Shown one piece after another: positions 1-11,453 of a stretch of DNA of 64,000 bases. The position numbers and the translations under genes are program-made. The first letter of the stretch is position 1; each line of letters begins with the position of its first letter. Source of the DNA: an uncultured Gemmatimonadales bacterium (GTDB lineage: Bacteria; Gemmatimonadota; Gemmatimonadetes; Longimicrobiales; Gaopeijiaceae); contig CAWGKG010000020.1 in assembly GCA_963823035.1 (NCBI GenBank), forward strand, positions 32,001 through 96,000, given 5' to 3'. The notes under the pieces are model-generated. The model saw only the letters and a list, made by a program, of their open reading frames with translations. It made no database searches and was not told where the DNA came from.

Positions 1-43
1 GTTCGCGCCGCCCGGTGCGACCTTTCCGAAGGACTTGACCCTG

Positions 44-3000
44 ATGAAGCGACTGTCCAGAAGCTGGCTTCTGGCACTTGGCGTCCTCGCCGTTGCGAGT
101 TGTGAGCCCACGCGCCTGACGGAGGTATCCGAGATCCCGCAGGTGAGCGAGGCCCCGATCGGGGATCCGCTCGGCCTGAACCTCGCCGACCAGGCGGTGT
201 CCTGGAGCTACTCCTACCCTCTCTCCGTCAGTTCCTCGGGGCACTACCTCGTGGACGAGACCGGCAAGCCCTACCTGCTGGTGGGCGATGCGGCCTGGTC
301 GATGATCGGGCAGCTGAACAAGGCGGACGCGGATCGTCTATCTCGCCAGTCGCCGGGCCATGGGCTTCGACGCCATCCTCACGAACCTGATCGAGCACAA
401 GTTCGCGAAGAACGCGCCCGCCAACATCGCCGGCGCGGCTCCCTTCACGGGCAAGGCGTTTGCGACGCCGAACGAGGCGTACTTCGCGCACGCCGACTAC
501 ATCATCCAGTCCGCGGCGAACAACGGCATCCTCGTGTTGCTGGCGCCGCTGTACCTCGGCTACAACTGCCTGGATCAGGGGTGGTGCGCGGAGGTGAAGG
601 CCGCCACGCAGGCGGAGATGTACGCCTGGGGTCGATGGGTCGGGAACCGCTACAAGAACTTCGACAACATCATGTGGGTGATCGGGGGTGACACGGATCC
701 CTCCCCGGTGAAGGCGAAGGTCCAGGCCATGGTGGACGGCATCCTCTCCGTGGATACCCGGCACCCCTTCACGGCCCACAACGCGCGCGGCCAGACGGCG
801 GTCGCAGCCCTGGGGTGGGGCTTCGTGGCTGAACGTCAACAACATCTACCCGAGGCAGCACGGACTACGCGAGCGCCCTTTCGGCGTACGACGGTCCCTC
901 GCTGCCCTTCTTCCATATCGAATCGCGCTACGATGGCGAGGGTCCGAATGCGCAGCAGTTGCGGTACCAGACCTACGGAACGAGCCTCTCCGGCTCGTTC
1001 GGCCACGTGTACGGCAACTGCCCGATGTGGAGCTTCAACGCGCCCTCCGCTTCGAGCTTCTGCGACGTGCCCGGGTTGAGCTGGCAGAGCCAGCTCGGCG
1101 TCCAGGGAGCGCTGAACATGCGCTACGCCCGGCTGCTCTTCGAGTCCCGGAACTGGCACAAGCTGGTGCCCGACCAGGGCCATACTGCCGTAACCGCCGG
1201 CCTGGGAACCAAGGGTGGGACCGACTACGTGACGGCCGCCTATGGGTCGGACGGCTCCTCGATCATCGCCTACCTGCCTTCCTCGCGTACGGTCACCGTG
1301 AACGGAGGCGTCCTTTCGGGCAGCACCATGAAGGTGTGGTGGTACAAGCCCGCCACCGGAGTCGCTACCTCGGTGGGCACCTTCCCGACCTCCAGCCCCA
1401 GGACCTTCACGCCCGCCGCGTCGGGCGACTGGGTGCTCGTCGTCGACGACGCAGCGCGCGGTTTCGGGGCACCGGGCGACCTCGGAGCGCTCCGCCCCAC
1501 CGAACGCGCCCCCGACGGCGAGCTTCACACAGACGTGCACGGGCCTGAGCTGTCACGTTCACGGACGCGAGCTCCGACAGTGACGGCAACATCGCGAGTC
1601 GCTCGTGGACGTTCGGTGACGGCGGCACGTCTGCCGCGACCAACCCGACGCACGGCTACCCATCGGCCGGCACGTACACGGTGAAGCTGACGGTCACGGA
1701 CGACGGCGGGGCGACGGCGTCGTTCACCAAGAGCGTGACCGTGACGGCGGTCGGGAAACGCGCCACCCACGGCGGACTTCACCGCAGACGTGCACGGGCC
1801 TGAGCTGTGAGTTCACGGACGAGAGCTCCGACAGCGACGGTGGCATCCCGGGCCGCTGGTGGACGTTCGGGGACGGCGGCGCGGCTCCCGGGCGCACGCC
1901 GACCCACACGTACGCCGCGGCCGGCACCTACGAGGTGAAGCTGGCGGTCACGGACAACGACGGGGCGACGGCGTCGATCACCAAGAGCGTGACCGTCGGC
2001 GCAGCGAAACGCGGCGCCCACGCGCGAGCTTCGCCGAGACGTGCACGGGCCTGAGCTGTCACGTTCACGGACGCGAGCTCCGACAGCGACGGCAACATCG
2101 CGAGCCGCTCGTGGACGTTCGGGGACGGCGGCACGTCTGCCGCGGCCAACCCGACGCACAGCTACGCCTCGGCCGGCACCTACACGGTGAAGCTGGCGGT
2201 CACGGACGACGACGGGGCGACGGCCACGGTCACGAAGAGCGTGACCGTCGCGGACCGGGAACGCGCCACCGACGGCGAGCTTCACCGCGACGTGCACGGG
2301 CCTGAGCTGTGCGTTCGCGGACGAGAGCTCCGACAGCGACGGTAGCTCCCGGGCCGCTGGTGGACCTTCGGGGACGGCGGCGCCGCTCCCGGGCGCACGC
2401 CGACGCACACGTACGCTGCGGCCGGCACCTACGACGGTGAAGCTGGCGGTCACGGACGACGACGGAGCGACGGCGGCGTCACCAAGAGCGTGACCGTGGG
2501 GGAGCGAACGCGGCGCCGACCGCGAGCTTCACCGGCGGCGTGCACGGGCCTGAGCTGTGCGTTCACGGACGCGAGCTCCGACAGCGACGGCAACATCGCG
2601 AGTCGCTCGTGGACGTTCGGGGACGGCGGCACGTCTGCCGCGACCAACCCGACGCACGGCTACGCCGTCGGCCGGCACGTACACGGTGAAGCTGACCGTC
2701 ACGGACGACGACGGGGCGACGGCGACGGTCACGAAGAGCGTGACCGTCGCGGCGGCGGGCAACGTGCCACCTACGGCGAGCTTCACGGCGACGTGCACGG
2801 GCCTGAGCTGTGCGTTCACGGACGAGAGCTCCGACAGCGACGGCTCGCATCCCGTCGCTGGTGGACGTTCGGGGACGGCGGCGCGGCCCCCGGGCGCAAC
2901 CCGACCCACACGTACGCCGCGGCCGGCACCTACGCGGTGAAGCTGGCGGTCAAGGACAACGACGGGGCGACGGCGTCGTTCACCAAGAGCGTGACCGTCG

Positions 3001-3535
3001 GGGGAGCGAACGCGCCGCCCACCGCGAGCTTCACCAAGACGTGCACGGGCCTGAGCTGTCAGTTCACGGACGCGAGCTCCGACAGTGACGGCAGCATCGC
3101 GAGTCGCTCGTGGACGTTCGGAGATGGCGGCAAGTCCACGGCGCGCAACCCGACCCACACCTACGCCGCGGCCGGCACGTACACGGTGAAGCTGACCGTC
3201 ACGGACGACGACGGGGCGACGGCGACGGTCACGAAGAGCGTGACCGTCGCGGAGGCGGGCAACGCGCCGCCGACGGCGAGCTTCACGCCAGACGTGCACG
3301 GGCCTGAGCTGTGCGTTCACGGACGAGAGCTCCGACAGCGACGGCTCGATCCCGTGCCGCTGGTGGACGTTCGGGGACGGCGGCGCGGCCCCCGGGCGCA
3401 ACGCCGACGCACACGTACGCCTCGGCCGGCACCTACACGGTGAAGCTGGCGGTCCAGGACAACGACGGGGCGAAGGCGTCGTTCACCAAGACGGTGACCG
3501 TCGCTGTGACCCAGGGGCAGGCATCGTCGCGATAG
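44..3535 (+). CDS. DUF4038/GH140-like glycoside hydrolase lipoprotein with collagen-binding-like domain and 8 C-terminal PKD domains (several frameshifts)
   Basis: Lipobox LAVASC. Family-like segments include LVDETGKPYLLVGDAAWS, YFAHADYII, NIMWVIGGD, WWYKPATG and GDWVLVV. Repeated WTFGDG..PTHTY..AGTYTVKLTVTDDDG follows. The reading frame switches across several ORF-track fragments. Confidence 0.8.
1500..3510 (+). repeat. 8 tandem PKD-coding repeats of about 251 bp, alternating A/B types
   Basis: The anchor gtgcacgggcctgagctgt recurs near 1536, 1790, 2041, 2292, 2540, 2793, 3041 and 3294. Confidence 0.9.
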
Positions 3536-3539
3536 GTCG

Positions 3540-4876
3540 CTACCCGTGGCGGGTCGCCTTCGCGACGGGGCGCAGGAGCTCGTGCTCCACGAGCGCCCGC
3601 GCGGCGCGGTCGAGGAGGGTGAACTCCACCCCCGAGCGGTCCGCGATGTCCAGCAGGGTGTGGTTCCCGTCTGAGTAGCTGAGTACCCAGAGCAGGGCCA
3701 TCTCGAAACCAGGGGGGCTGGTGCCCCCCTGGTTTCCGTAGAGCCCGCGTCGGCCGAGCTGGGGCTCGCCCCTGGGGCTGAGGTTGAGATACGCCCGGTC
3801 CCGCTCCAGCACCTGGACGATGGCCAGGGCCTTGCCCAGGGAATCCGCCAGTGCCTCCGGCCGCACGAAGTCCACGTCGTCGGCCGATGTGTGGTACTCC
3901 GGATAGCGCCCGTTGGGCGTCCGCGTCAGGCAGCCCACCGCGAGATCGAAACCGGGCGAGCAGTACTGACGCTCGTCGTACCCGTAGGGCACGAAGTCGA
4001 GCAGCGTGTGCTCCCCGGCGGCCCGGAGCACGAGCGCTGCGGCCCGGTCCACCATCCGGTTCCCGAGCCGGCTCCGCTTGTACGTGGAGGGCCCCGGGTC
4101 TCCGAGGCAGCTCAGCACGAGCCCATGCCTCACCCGGGCCACGCTCTCCGGCGCCCGGGATAGCCACGTGAGCGAGCCGATCGTCCCCGGGATGAAGAGG
4201 AAGCGCATCCCATGCCGGCGAGGTACGCCGGCGAGCTGCTGCGCCAGCCACACGGCCACGGCGATACCGGAGAGGTTGTCGTTGGCGAGCGACGGGTGGC
4301 AGCAGTGGCAGGAGAAGAGGATGTCGCCGGGATCGTCCGAGGGCTCGCTGGGGGGCAGGTAGACCTCGCCGTACGTGAGGTGGCCCGGAGCGAGCGTGGC
4401 GTCGATGCAGACGTCCCACTCCGCATCCGGAGCGGCCTCCATGGCCTCGAGCGTCTTCTGTCGCAGGCAGAATCCCCACGACTCGCTGTAGTACGACGTA
4501 CGATAGGGGATTCGATCCGGCGCCTCGGGGAGCGTGTGGAGGTGGGGGCGCAGCTCGGCGAGCTTCATGCGGTCCGCGCACGGGGACGCTGTAGCTGACC
4601 ACGTGGAGGGAGTGCGCCTGGAAGTCGACGATCCGCTTTCCGGTCGGAGTCCGCGATCCATGCGTCCCGGATGTTCCACTCCCGCGGCACCGTCCAGTCG
4701 AGGACCGGGGTCCCTGTCGGCACCTCGTGCATCTCGAGCGGAGCCAGGGTCTGCAGGTGGCGCAGGGTGGTCCGCAGCCCTTCCCCGGTGATGCTCCTGC
4801 AGATGGGGTAGAGCTCCCGGATGAGCGCGTGCATCGCCGCGCCACTCCCGGGCTCGGGAGCGTAGCCCTCCTTCAC
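3540..4876 (-). CDS. DUF4910 (DUF2172/M28-like/winged-helix) aminopeptidase-like polysaccharide-locus protein, frameshifted near 4580-4650
   Basis: Motifs ELYPICRSITGEG, DWTVPREWN, IPYRTSYY, HCCHPSLANDNLSG, YGYDERQYCSPGF and GEPQLGRRGLY. Confidence 0.85.
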
Positions 4877-5416
4877 GCGCCCCCCTCGGGAACGTAGTCC
4901 GGATACGACGCGTCGCGCTCGTTCATCGTGGGATCGGGCAGCGGCCATTCGATGCCGAAGGCGGGGTCGTTCCAGCGCAAGCCGCGACCCGCGGCCGGCG
5001 TGTAGAACTCGCTCATCTGATAGAACACGTCGGTATCGTCGTCCAACGTCAGGAAGCCGTGCGCGAATCCCCGCGGGACGTAGAGCGCACGCAGATCGTC
5101 CGCGTTCAGCTCGACGCCGAAAGTGACGCATGTGGGTGGGTGATTCGGGCCGCAGGTCGATGATCACGTCCCAGATCGCTCCCCGGGTGCAGCGCACGAG
5201 CTTGACCTCCTCGTGGGGCGCGGCCTGCCAGTGCATCCCCCTGAGGGTCCCGCGCCGGCGGTTCCTGGAGAAGGAGCACTGGGCCATCTCCGTCTCCAGC
5301 CCTCGCTCGGCGAATTCCCTTCGGCACCAGGCGCGCGCGAAGAAGCCCCGCGCGTCCTCGTGGCGCTCCAGCTCCACGAGCCAGGCGCCGGAGAGGGGGC
5401 TCGGCGTGAAGATCAC
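4873..5416 (-). CDS. rfbC: dTDP-4-dehydrorhamnose 3,5-epimerase family protein, frameshifted near 5120
   Basis: Motifs DARGFF, GTLRGMHWQ, EVKLVRCTRG, LYVPRGFAHGFLTL and WNDPAFGIEWP. Confidence 0.85.
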
Positions 5417-6769
5417 GGCAGCACCGTGGTCTCGGGGATCGGCACCACCAGGCGCCCGCCCCATTCGCGCACGTACGCGAGCTGCTCCTCGATCTCGTCG
5501 CGCAGGTTCCAGGGCAGGATCAGCACGTAGTCCGGCCGCGCGTCGCGGATGCGGTCCGGCTCGTAGATGGGGATCCGCGTGCCGGGGAGCAGCTTCCCCT
5601 GCTTGTGGGGACTCCGGTCCACCGTGAAGTCCAGGAAGTCCTCGCGGATCCCACAGTAGTTGAGCAGCGTGTTCCCCTTCCCGGGTGCGCCGTAGCCCAC
5701 CACGCGCTTGCCGGCGCGTCGGGCCTCGATGAGGAAGTCGAGGAGCTTGCGCTTGGTCTCCTTCACCCGCTCCGCGAACGAGGCGTAGTACTGCGGCGTG
5801 TCCACCCCGTCCTCCAGCTCCCGGGCGCGGAGCTCGAGCAGGCGGTCGGTGCGCGGCCGGTCGGACTCCTCGTCATGGCGGGCCCAGATGCGCAGGGAGC
5901 CACCGTGTGTGGCGAGCTCCTCGACATCGAACAGGGTGAGGCCGTGGGCGGCGAAGATCCGCTCCGACGAATACGAGGGAGAAGTAGGAGAAGTGCTCGT
6001 GGTAGATGGTGTCGAACTGGTTCTCTTCGACGAGCCTCTGCAAGTGCGGGAACTCGATCGTGACCGTCCCGCCCGGAGCGAGGAGCAGCTTCAGCCCAGC
6101 GACGAAGTCGTTCAGGTCGTGGACCTGTGCGAGGACGTTGTTGCCCAGCACGAGGTCCGCCGGACCCCGGCCGGCGACCAACGCCCGGGCGGAGTCGCGT
6201 CCGAAGAACTCCACCCGCGTGGGAATCCCCTTGGCCACGGCGGCCTTGGCCACGTTCGCCGCCGGCTCGATACCGAGGACGGGGATGCCACGGTCGACGA
6301 AGTACTGCAGGAGGTAGCCGTCGTTGCTGGCTACCTCGACCACCTGGCTCGAGGCCCCGAGTCCCAGCCGCTCGACCACGAGATCGACGTACCTCCGGCA
6401 GTGATCCAGCCAGGAGTCGGAGTAGGAGGAGAAGTAGGCGTAGTCCGTGAAGATCTCCTCCCCGCTGACGTACTGCTCGATCTGCACCAGCCAACACCGT
6501 TCACAAACCCAGACGTGCAAGGGGTAGAACGGCTCCACGGCGTTGGCCCGCTCGCGGGACACGTAGCTCTCGCACAGGGGCGACATGCCGAGGTCGACGA
6601 AGGTGCGCTCGAGGGGGGCCCCGCAGAAACGGCAGGCGCCGGACGCTGGAACACCGGGTGCGGCAGCGGGCCAGGACGACGGAGTAGCGTCATTCGCAGG
6701 TGAGGTCATGCGTTCCTTCGACTCCGGGGCGGCGTCGCCGGTGGTCGGATCGGGGTACTCGGGGGTCAT
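5413..6769 (-). CDS. NDP-sugar C-methyltransferase family protein with a Zn-binding N-terminus, frameshifted near 5960
   Basis: Motifs CRFCG..DLGMSPL, CERCWLVQ, EVASNDGYLL, FDTIYHEHFSYFS, GYGAPGKGNTLLNYCG and ILPWNL. ATGA overlap with the upstream gene. Confidence 0.85.
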
Positions 6770-7701
6770 CCGTCCGATGCGCGGCCGGCGGCCACGCGTG
6801 GCAGGCGCGTAAGTTGAAGCGCGGGGTGCGGATCGACGCCTCGAGCAGCGTCGAAGAACCGCTGTCGCAGGGAGTCGAGGATCGGAGATCGATCGGGAAG
6901 TGTAGCGCCGTCGAGGCCCTTCACAGGCACGATCTCGGACAGCGTGCCACATATCGCGAGTTCGTCGGCAACGTGCAGCTCGGTCCGCTCGATCGGACGC
7001 CGGACGAACGGAATGCCCATGGACCCGGCAAGGGCCTCGACGATGTCGACGGTGATGCTCTCCAACACCCCTTCGGATGCCGGCGTGGTAGTCACTGTGC
7101 CCCCGCGAACCATCAAGACGGCCGATCCGGTGGCTTCCGCCACTCGGCCGAACTGATTCAGCAAGACCATCTCCCCGTGACCTCGGGCGTCACCTTCGAT
7201 GCGGGCGAGCCGTGCGACCTGATAGTTCGCGCTCGTCTTGATCCGCGCCGGAAGGGCGTTGTCGGAACTCCGCTGCCAGGTGCTGATGCCGAGGGTGATG
7301 GGATCGGGTGGGGTCTTGGGATGGTTGAAGGCCTTGATGACGAGGTCCGACACGTTCTCGTGGTGCCAGTGGCCCTCGACAACGAAGAGCGTCGGCCTCG
7401 CCCACATGTCGTGTTCCGGGACCAGCAACTCGTTGACGAGCAAGAAGATCGCGGACTCGAACCTCTCGTAGTCCACGTCGGTCGGGATCCTCAGAAGGCG
7501 CGCTGAACGCAGGAGTCGCTCGAAGTGCTGGCGCAGCTTGACGAAAGCGAAGGATCCGTCCACCTGCCAGTAGCCCTTGACGCCTTCGAAGACGTTGAGC
7601 CCTCGATTCACCGCCTCGGAATCGACATGCAACATCGCGTCTTCCCAGAGACGCAGCCCTCCCCCCATGTACACGTACTTCGGCTTCTGCAGCTTCGTCA
7701 T
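6766..7701 (-). CDS. Class IV PLP aminotransferase (branched-chain/D-amino acid aminotransferase-like)
   Basis: Motifs GLNVFEGVKG, HFERLLRSA, RIKTSANY (PLP Lys), EATGSAV, LESIT and ADELAICGT. Confidence 0.85.
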   Translation of the reverse strand: MTKLQKPKYVYMGGGLRLWEDAMLHVDSEAVNRGLNVFEGVKGYWQVDGSFAFVKLRQHFERLLRSARLLRIPTDVDYERFESAIFLLVNELLVPEHDMWARPTLFVVEGHWHHENVSDLVIKAFNHPKTPPDPITLGISTWQRSSDNALPARIKTSANYQVARLARIEGDARGHGEMVLLNQFGRVAEATGSAVLMVRGGTVTTTPASEGVLESITVDIVEALAGSMGIPFVRRPIERTELHVADELAICGTLSEIVPVKGLDGATLPDRSPILDSLRQRFFDAARGVDPHPALQLTRLPRVAAGRASDG

Positions 7702-7734
7702 CGCTTCTCTCGATCGATTGGACCTTCGATGGGA

Positions 7735-9147
7735 CTATCCCTTCACGACGCCCTGGAGAATGAGGACCCAATCCTCATTGCTGGGAGGCGCGAAGGCATC
7801 GAGCGTGGTTGCTTCCACCGGCCTCCGTTGACCTGTTCGTGGATCGAACCAGATACCCTCTCGCGTCGCGCGAAGTCGAGTGGGGGCGAGGTCCAGCTGC
7901 CGGCCCCCACGGACGTACGCGATGAGCAGCGAGTCGCTGGGCGCCCAGGCTACGGCCGGGGCGCCGGGGTCCCCCTCGGAAGGCCACAGCCCATCCTGAG
8001 CGAGGGGCTCCAGGTGGTGGACGGGAAAGGAATCGACCAGCATCCGCGCGAGCGCCAATTGGCTGGCCACCCGACTCTCGAGCACCTCCGGCCACTTGCG
8101 TCGTCGGGCGGCCTCCGAATCCCCGAAGGTCGCAGCGGACGAAGCTCCGAACGACCAGACGGGGAAGGCACCGTAGAAGTGTCCGCTGCCCCCGCTCAGA
8201 AGGCTCCAGTATACCTGGGCCCGGAGCATCTCGTCGGTCATGTCATGCTCGTTCTCGTAGTAACCCTCGATCCAGAAGGTCGGCATGACGGGCCCGTTCT
8301 CGCCCGATGTTCGTTGCGCGTCGAGGAGGAGCCTGGAGGGTCCATGAACAGGGTCCGAATACGTCGAGTTGACGTCCAGCCAGGGCTCGTTGTAGGAATC
8401 CAGCGCGGAGTGATTCCGGCTCGCGTGAGCCGTGAAGATGGATCCGGGCGCCCGCTCTTCGATTCCCTGGACGACTGCATCGATCTCGCTGCTCAGCGTC
8501 ACCCCCTGATACGCCGGCTCCCAGTCTCCGCCCATCACCCAGATCACGTTGCCCGCGGCCCCCAGACGCCTTCCCAGCGAGTCGCCGTACGCTCGGAGCC
8601 TCGTCGGTCCGTTGGTCTTCATCTCCTGCGACCAGCCTTGGTCGTTGAACTGGTAGCCGACGTACGCGGGCAAGAGGAATACGACCATTCCCCGTGAGCG
8701 GGCTTCCGTCACCATCCATTCGAGGTACGCCCAGTACTCGGGGTTCAGGGCGGTGAAGTCGAGAGATTGCGCATCTATGCTGCGAAGGAAGGGCGGTTGG
8801 CCGTAGACGTTCTTCGGGGCCCGATCTCCGAACAAGTGCTCGATCGCGTTGAACGCCACAGCGTTCACACCTTGCTCCGCCCTCTTGTCCAGGTACCTGA
8901 GGACATCGCCCGAGTCGAGCTGTACCGCCAGACTCCATGGAGTGTCCCCGATGAGAACGAAGGCCTCACCGGCCGCGTCCACCAGTTCCCGGCCGCTCAC
9001 TGCAATAGGGAACTCGGCGGCTGGTCCGGGCTTGTACGGCAAAATGGGGTCGGTCTCGCTGGGCAGGTCGTGTTGGCAGCCGATCGCCTGGACACAGGTG
9101 AAGAGAGCAATCAGCCATAGAGGCAGGCGCCTGGGACAGGCCCCCAT
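7735..9147 (-). CDS. Second DUF4038/GH140-like lipoprotein with collagen-binding-like C-terminus
   Basis: Lipobox QAIGC. Motifs LVDAAGEAFVLIGDTPWS, NVIWVMGGD, IEGYYENE, WFDPRTG and EDWVLIL. Paralogous to the N-terminal part of 44-3535. Confidence 0.85.
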   Translation of the reverse strand: MGACPRRLPLWLIALFTCVQAIGCQHDLPSETDPILPYKPGPAAEFPIAVSGRELVDAAGEAFVLIGDTPWSLAVQLDSGDVLRYLDKRAEQGVNAVAFNAIEHLFGDRAPKNVYGQPPFLRSIDAQSLDFTALNPEYWAYLEWMVTEARSRGMVVFLLPAYVGYQFNDQGWSQEMKTNGPTRLRAYGDSLGRRLGAAGNVIWVMGGDWEPAYQGVTLSSEIDAVVQGIEERAPGSIFTAHASRNHSALDSYNEPWLDVNSTYSDPVHGPSRLLLDAQRTSGENGPVMPTFWIEGYYENEHDMTDEMLRAQVYWSLLSGGSGHFYGAFPVWSFGASSAATFGDSEAARRRKWPEVLESRVASQLALARMLVDSFPVHHLEPLAQDGLWPSEGDPGAPAVAWAPSDSLLIAYVRGGRQLDLAPTRLRATREGIWFDPRTGQRRPVEATTLDAFAPPSNEDWVLILQGVVKG

Positions 9148-9164
9148 CGGAGTGGATGCGCTGC

Positions 9165-9830
9165 TCAGCTCGGAAGGACCTGGTCGAGGGCGGGCTTGAG
9201 CTCGAGGGCGAGGTTTCGCGCGAGCTCGAACGCCTGATCGTCCACGCCCTGCGACACGGGCACGACGATCCGCACCAGCGCCTCGTCGGTGCGCCGGCGA
9301 AGCGCGGCGTCCCGGAGGAGGTCCCACTTCACCAGGTACTCGTTGTAGGCGACGCGCCCACGTCCCTGGTACCAGTAGAGGACCAGCGCGCGGTCGGCAC
9401 CCTTCTGGAGGATGTACTGGTTCACCGTGAAGGCGTCGGCGCCCGAGCCGATCGTGGTCGGTTCGGAGGAGAGTGCCTCCCACCCCGCGCCCGGAAGGCA
9501 GTTCTGCGGGGAGTGGATCGTGCGGCCGCGGCTCTGCTGGTCGTAGAAGCCGAAGTAGACGGACGCCCACGGGATCGCGGCTTCGGCCGCCTTGGCCGTG
9601 TCCGCCTCCTGGTACACGCGCAGGGCGTAGTCCGTGAATCCGGCGACGTCGGCTTCCGCGTCGGAGACCGTCACGTCCTCCCCGCTCATGCCCGCGACCT
9701 GTTCGGGGAGCGCGGTCGCGAGCGGCTCACGCAGCTCGGGCACGAGCTGCTGGCGCACGAAGGAGAGCAGCCCCACACCCACCCCCAGGATCACGGCCGG
9801 GAGCCACCGGCGAGCGCCGCCGCCGCTCAT
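9165..9830 (-). CDS. epsI: EpsI family exosortase-associated protein
   Basis: Motifs IHSPQNCLPGAGWE, LVLYWYQGRGR and RRTDEALVRI. Lies directly downstream of the exosortase. Confidence 0.85.
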   Translation of the reverse strand: MSGGGARRWLPAVILGVGVGLLSFVRQQLVPELREPLATALPEQVAGMSGEDVTVSDAEADVAGFTDYALRVYQEADTAKAAEAAIPWASVYFGFYDQQSRGRTIHSPQNCLPGAGWEALSSEPTTIGSGADAFTVNQYILQKGADRALVLYWYQGRGRVAYNEYLVKWDLLRDAALRRRTDEALVRIVVPVSQGVDDQAFELARNLALELKPALDQVLPS

Positions 9831-10721
9831 GCCGCGCCCACCGGCTGTCGGCGATGGCGGATCATCCATCCCTCCCCACGCGCGAGCACCCACGTGAAGG
9901 ACCCGAGGATCGCGAAGGCCGCCACGAACATGACCCACCCCTCCGTGAGGTGCATGAAGCCCTCACCGAGCTTCGGGTCCACGAAGAACACCAGGAATCC
10001 CGTCAGGAAGACGCGGACGCCGTTGATGAGGATCGCGACCGGGATGGTGAGGGCGAGGAGGAACACCCGCAGAGCCGGATAGCGCAGCCAGATGCCGCCC
10101 ATCAGCAGCCCGAGGGAAGTCAGCGCCGTCAGGGATCGCAGCCCCGAGCAGGCCTCGGTGACGAAGAGCGACTGCCCGGGGATGTGGATCACGTTCCCGG
10201 CGAGCTGGACGGGCACGTCGCGCCACTGGAGCAGCGTCGCGCCGATCGCCGAGGCCTTGAGCTGAAGGGGGAACGCGAGCGTCGTCAGGATGACGGCCGG
10301 CAGCGGTACGCAGAGCACCAGGAGCGCCAACGGCAGCCACCACTTCAGGATCTGACGGAATCCCCACGCATAGATGATGAGCGCGATCGCCGCCCCGAGC
10401 AGGGACATCCGCATCGTGAACAGCTCGGCCGCCAGCGCGGACATGACCCTGAGGAGCACGGCGGCACCGAGGAGCGAGGAGCCCGAGCACCGGTTGCGCC
10501 CGCCGCTCCGGGATGAGGCCCGTGCGGTACATGAGGTACACGGACAGCGGCCCGAGCAGCAGGCCGTGCCCCGCCTCGGGGTCGCTCCACCAATCACGGA
10601 GGAGCGTCGTGAACGGTTCCCAGAAGAGCCAGACAAAAGCCAGGCCCCCCACCAGCAGGGGGGCCTGAACCAGGAGTTGGCGCCGGGACTTGGACTCGTC
10701 TACGGTCGCGACAGAGGTCAT
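9827..10721 (-). CDS. xrt: Exosortase (EpsH family), frameshifted near 10480
   Basis: Multi-TM protein with WWSDPEAGHGLL and the triad motifs EACSGLRS (Cys), NGVRV (Arg) and MHLTEG (His). Confidence 0.9.
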
Positions 10722-10730
10722 GTAGGAAGT

Positions 10731-11453
10731 CTACATCGCTCCCTTTCGGAGCACCATCACGGCGGGCGTCTGCGCCATGATCACGAGGTCCTTCACGGCA
10801 GAGCGGCGACGGATGTACTCGAGGTCGAGGTCGACCTTCTTCTTCACGTCGTCGATGCTCTGGTCGTAGGGGAGCCGCACCTGGGCGAGACCCGTGATTC
10901 CCGGAAGGACCTTCTGGCGCTGACGGTACTCACCCAACTCCGCACTCAGGCTCGCGAAGATCTTCGGCTGCTCGGGGCGCGGCCCGACGATGTTCATGTC
11001 GCCCTTCAGCACGTTGAAGAGCTGGGGTAGCTCGTCCAACCGGGTCGCGCGGAGGAACCGCCCCACCGACGTGATGCGCGGATCGTCCTTGGCGGCCCAC
11101 ACCTGGGTGCCGGGCTGGTCGACGTACATCGTGCGGAACTTGAAGATCGTGAAGATCTTGCCGCCCTGATCCGCCGCGCGGCGGCACTCGTCGGGATTCT
11201 CGCTGCGGCGCTGATCCCGTCGGTCGATCCCGACGCGGTCCTGCCGGTAGATGGCAGGTCCGTTCGAGGTGAGCTTGACGAGCGCCCACACGGCGAACAT
11301 CAGCGGTGCGGTGAGGATCACGGCGATCGAGGCCACGAGAACGTTCAGCACGCGGCAAGCCCGATCGCGGGCCCGATGCGACTGCTCGGGGGAGGGCTTC
11401 TGGCGCCGGGAACCAGCAGCCAGCCAAGCCGGGCGGGGGGCGGCCAGAACCAT
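10731..11453 (-). CDS. Priming sugar transferase (bacterial phosphoglycosyl transferase)
   Basis: Motifs IFKFRTM, DDPRIT, LDELPQLFNVLKGDMNIVGPRP and PGITGLAQV. Confidence 0.9.
   Translation of the reverse strand: MVLAAPRPAWLAAGSRRQKPSPEQSHRARDRACRVLNVLVASIAVILTAPLMFAVWALVKLTSNGPAIYRQDRVGIDRRDQRRSENPDECRRAADQGGKIFTIFKFRTMYVDQPGTQVWAAKDDPRITSVGRFLRATRLDELPQLFNVLKGDMNIVGPRPEQPKIFASLSAELGEYRQRQKVLPGITGLAQVRLPYDQSIDDVKKKVDLDLEYIRRRSAVKDLVIMAQTPAVMVLRKGAM

Noticed and set aside
1500..3510. Regular repeats as a CRISPR array
   Set aside because: The roughly 251-bp units encode PKD domains. There are no unique spacers and no cas genes.
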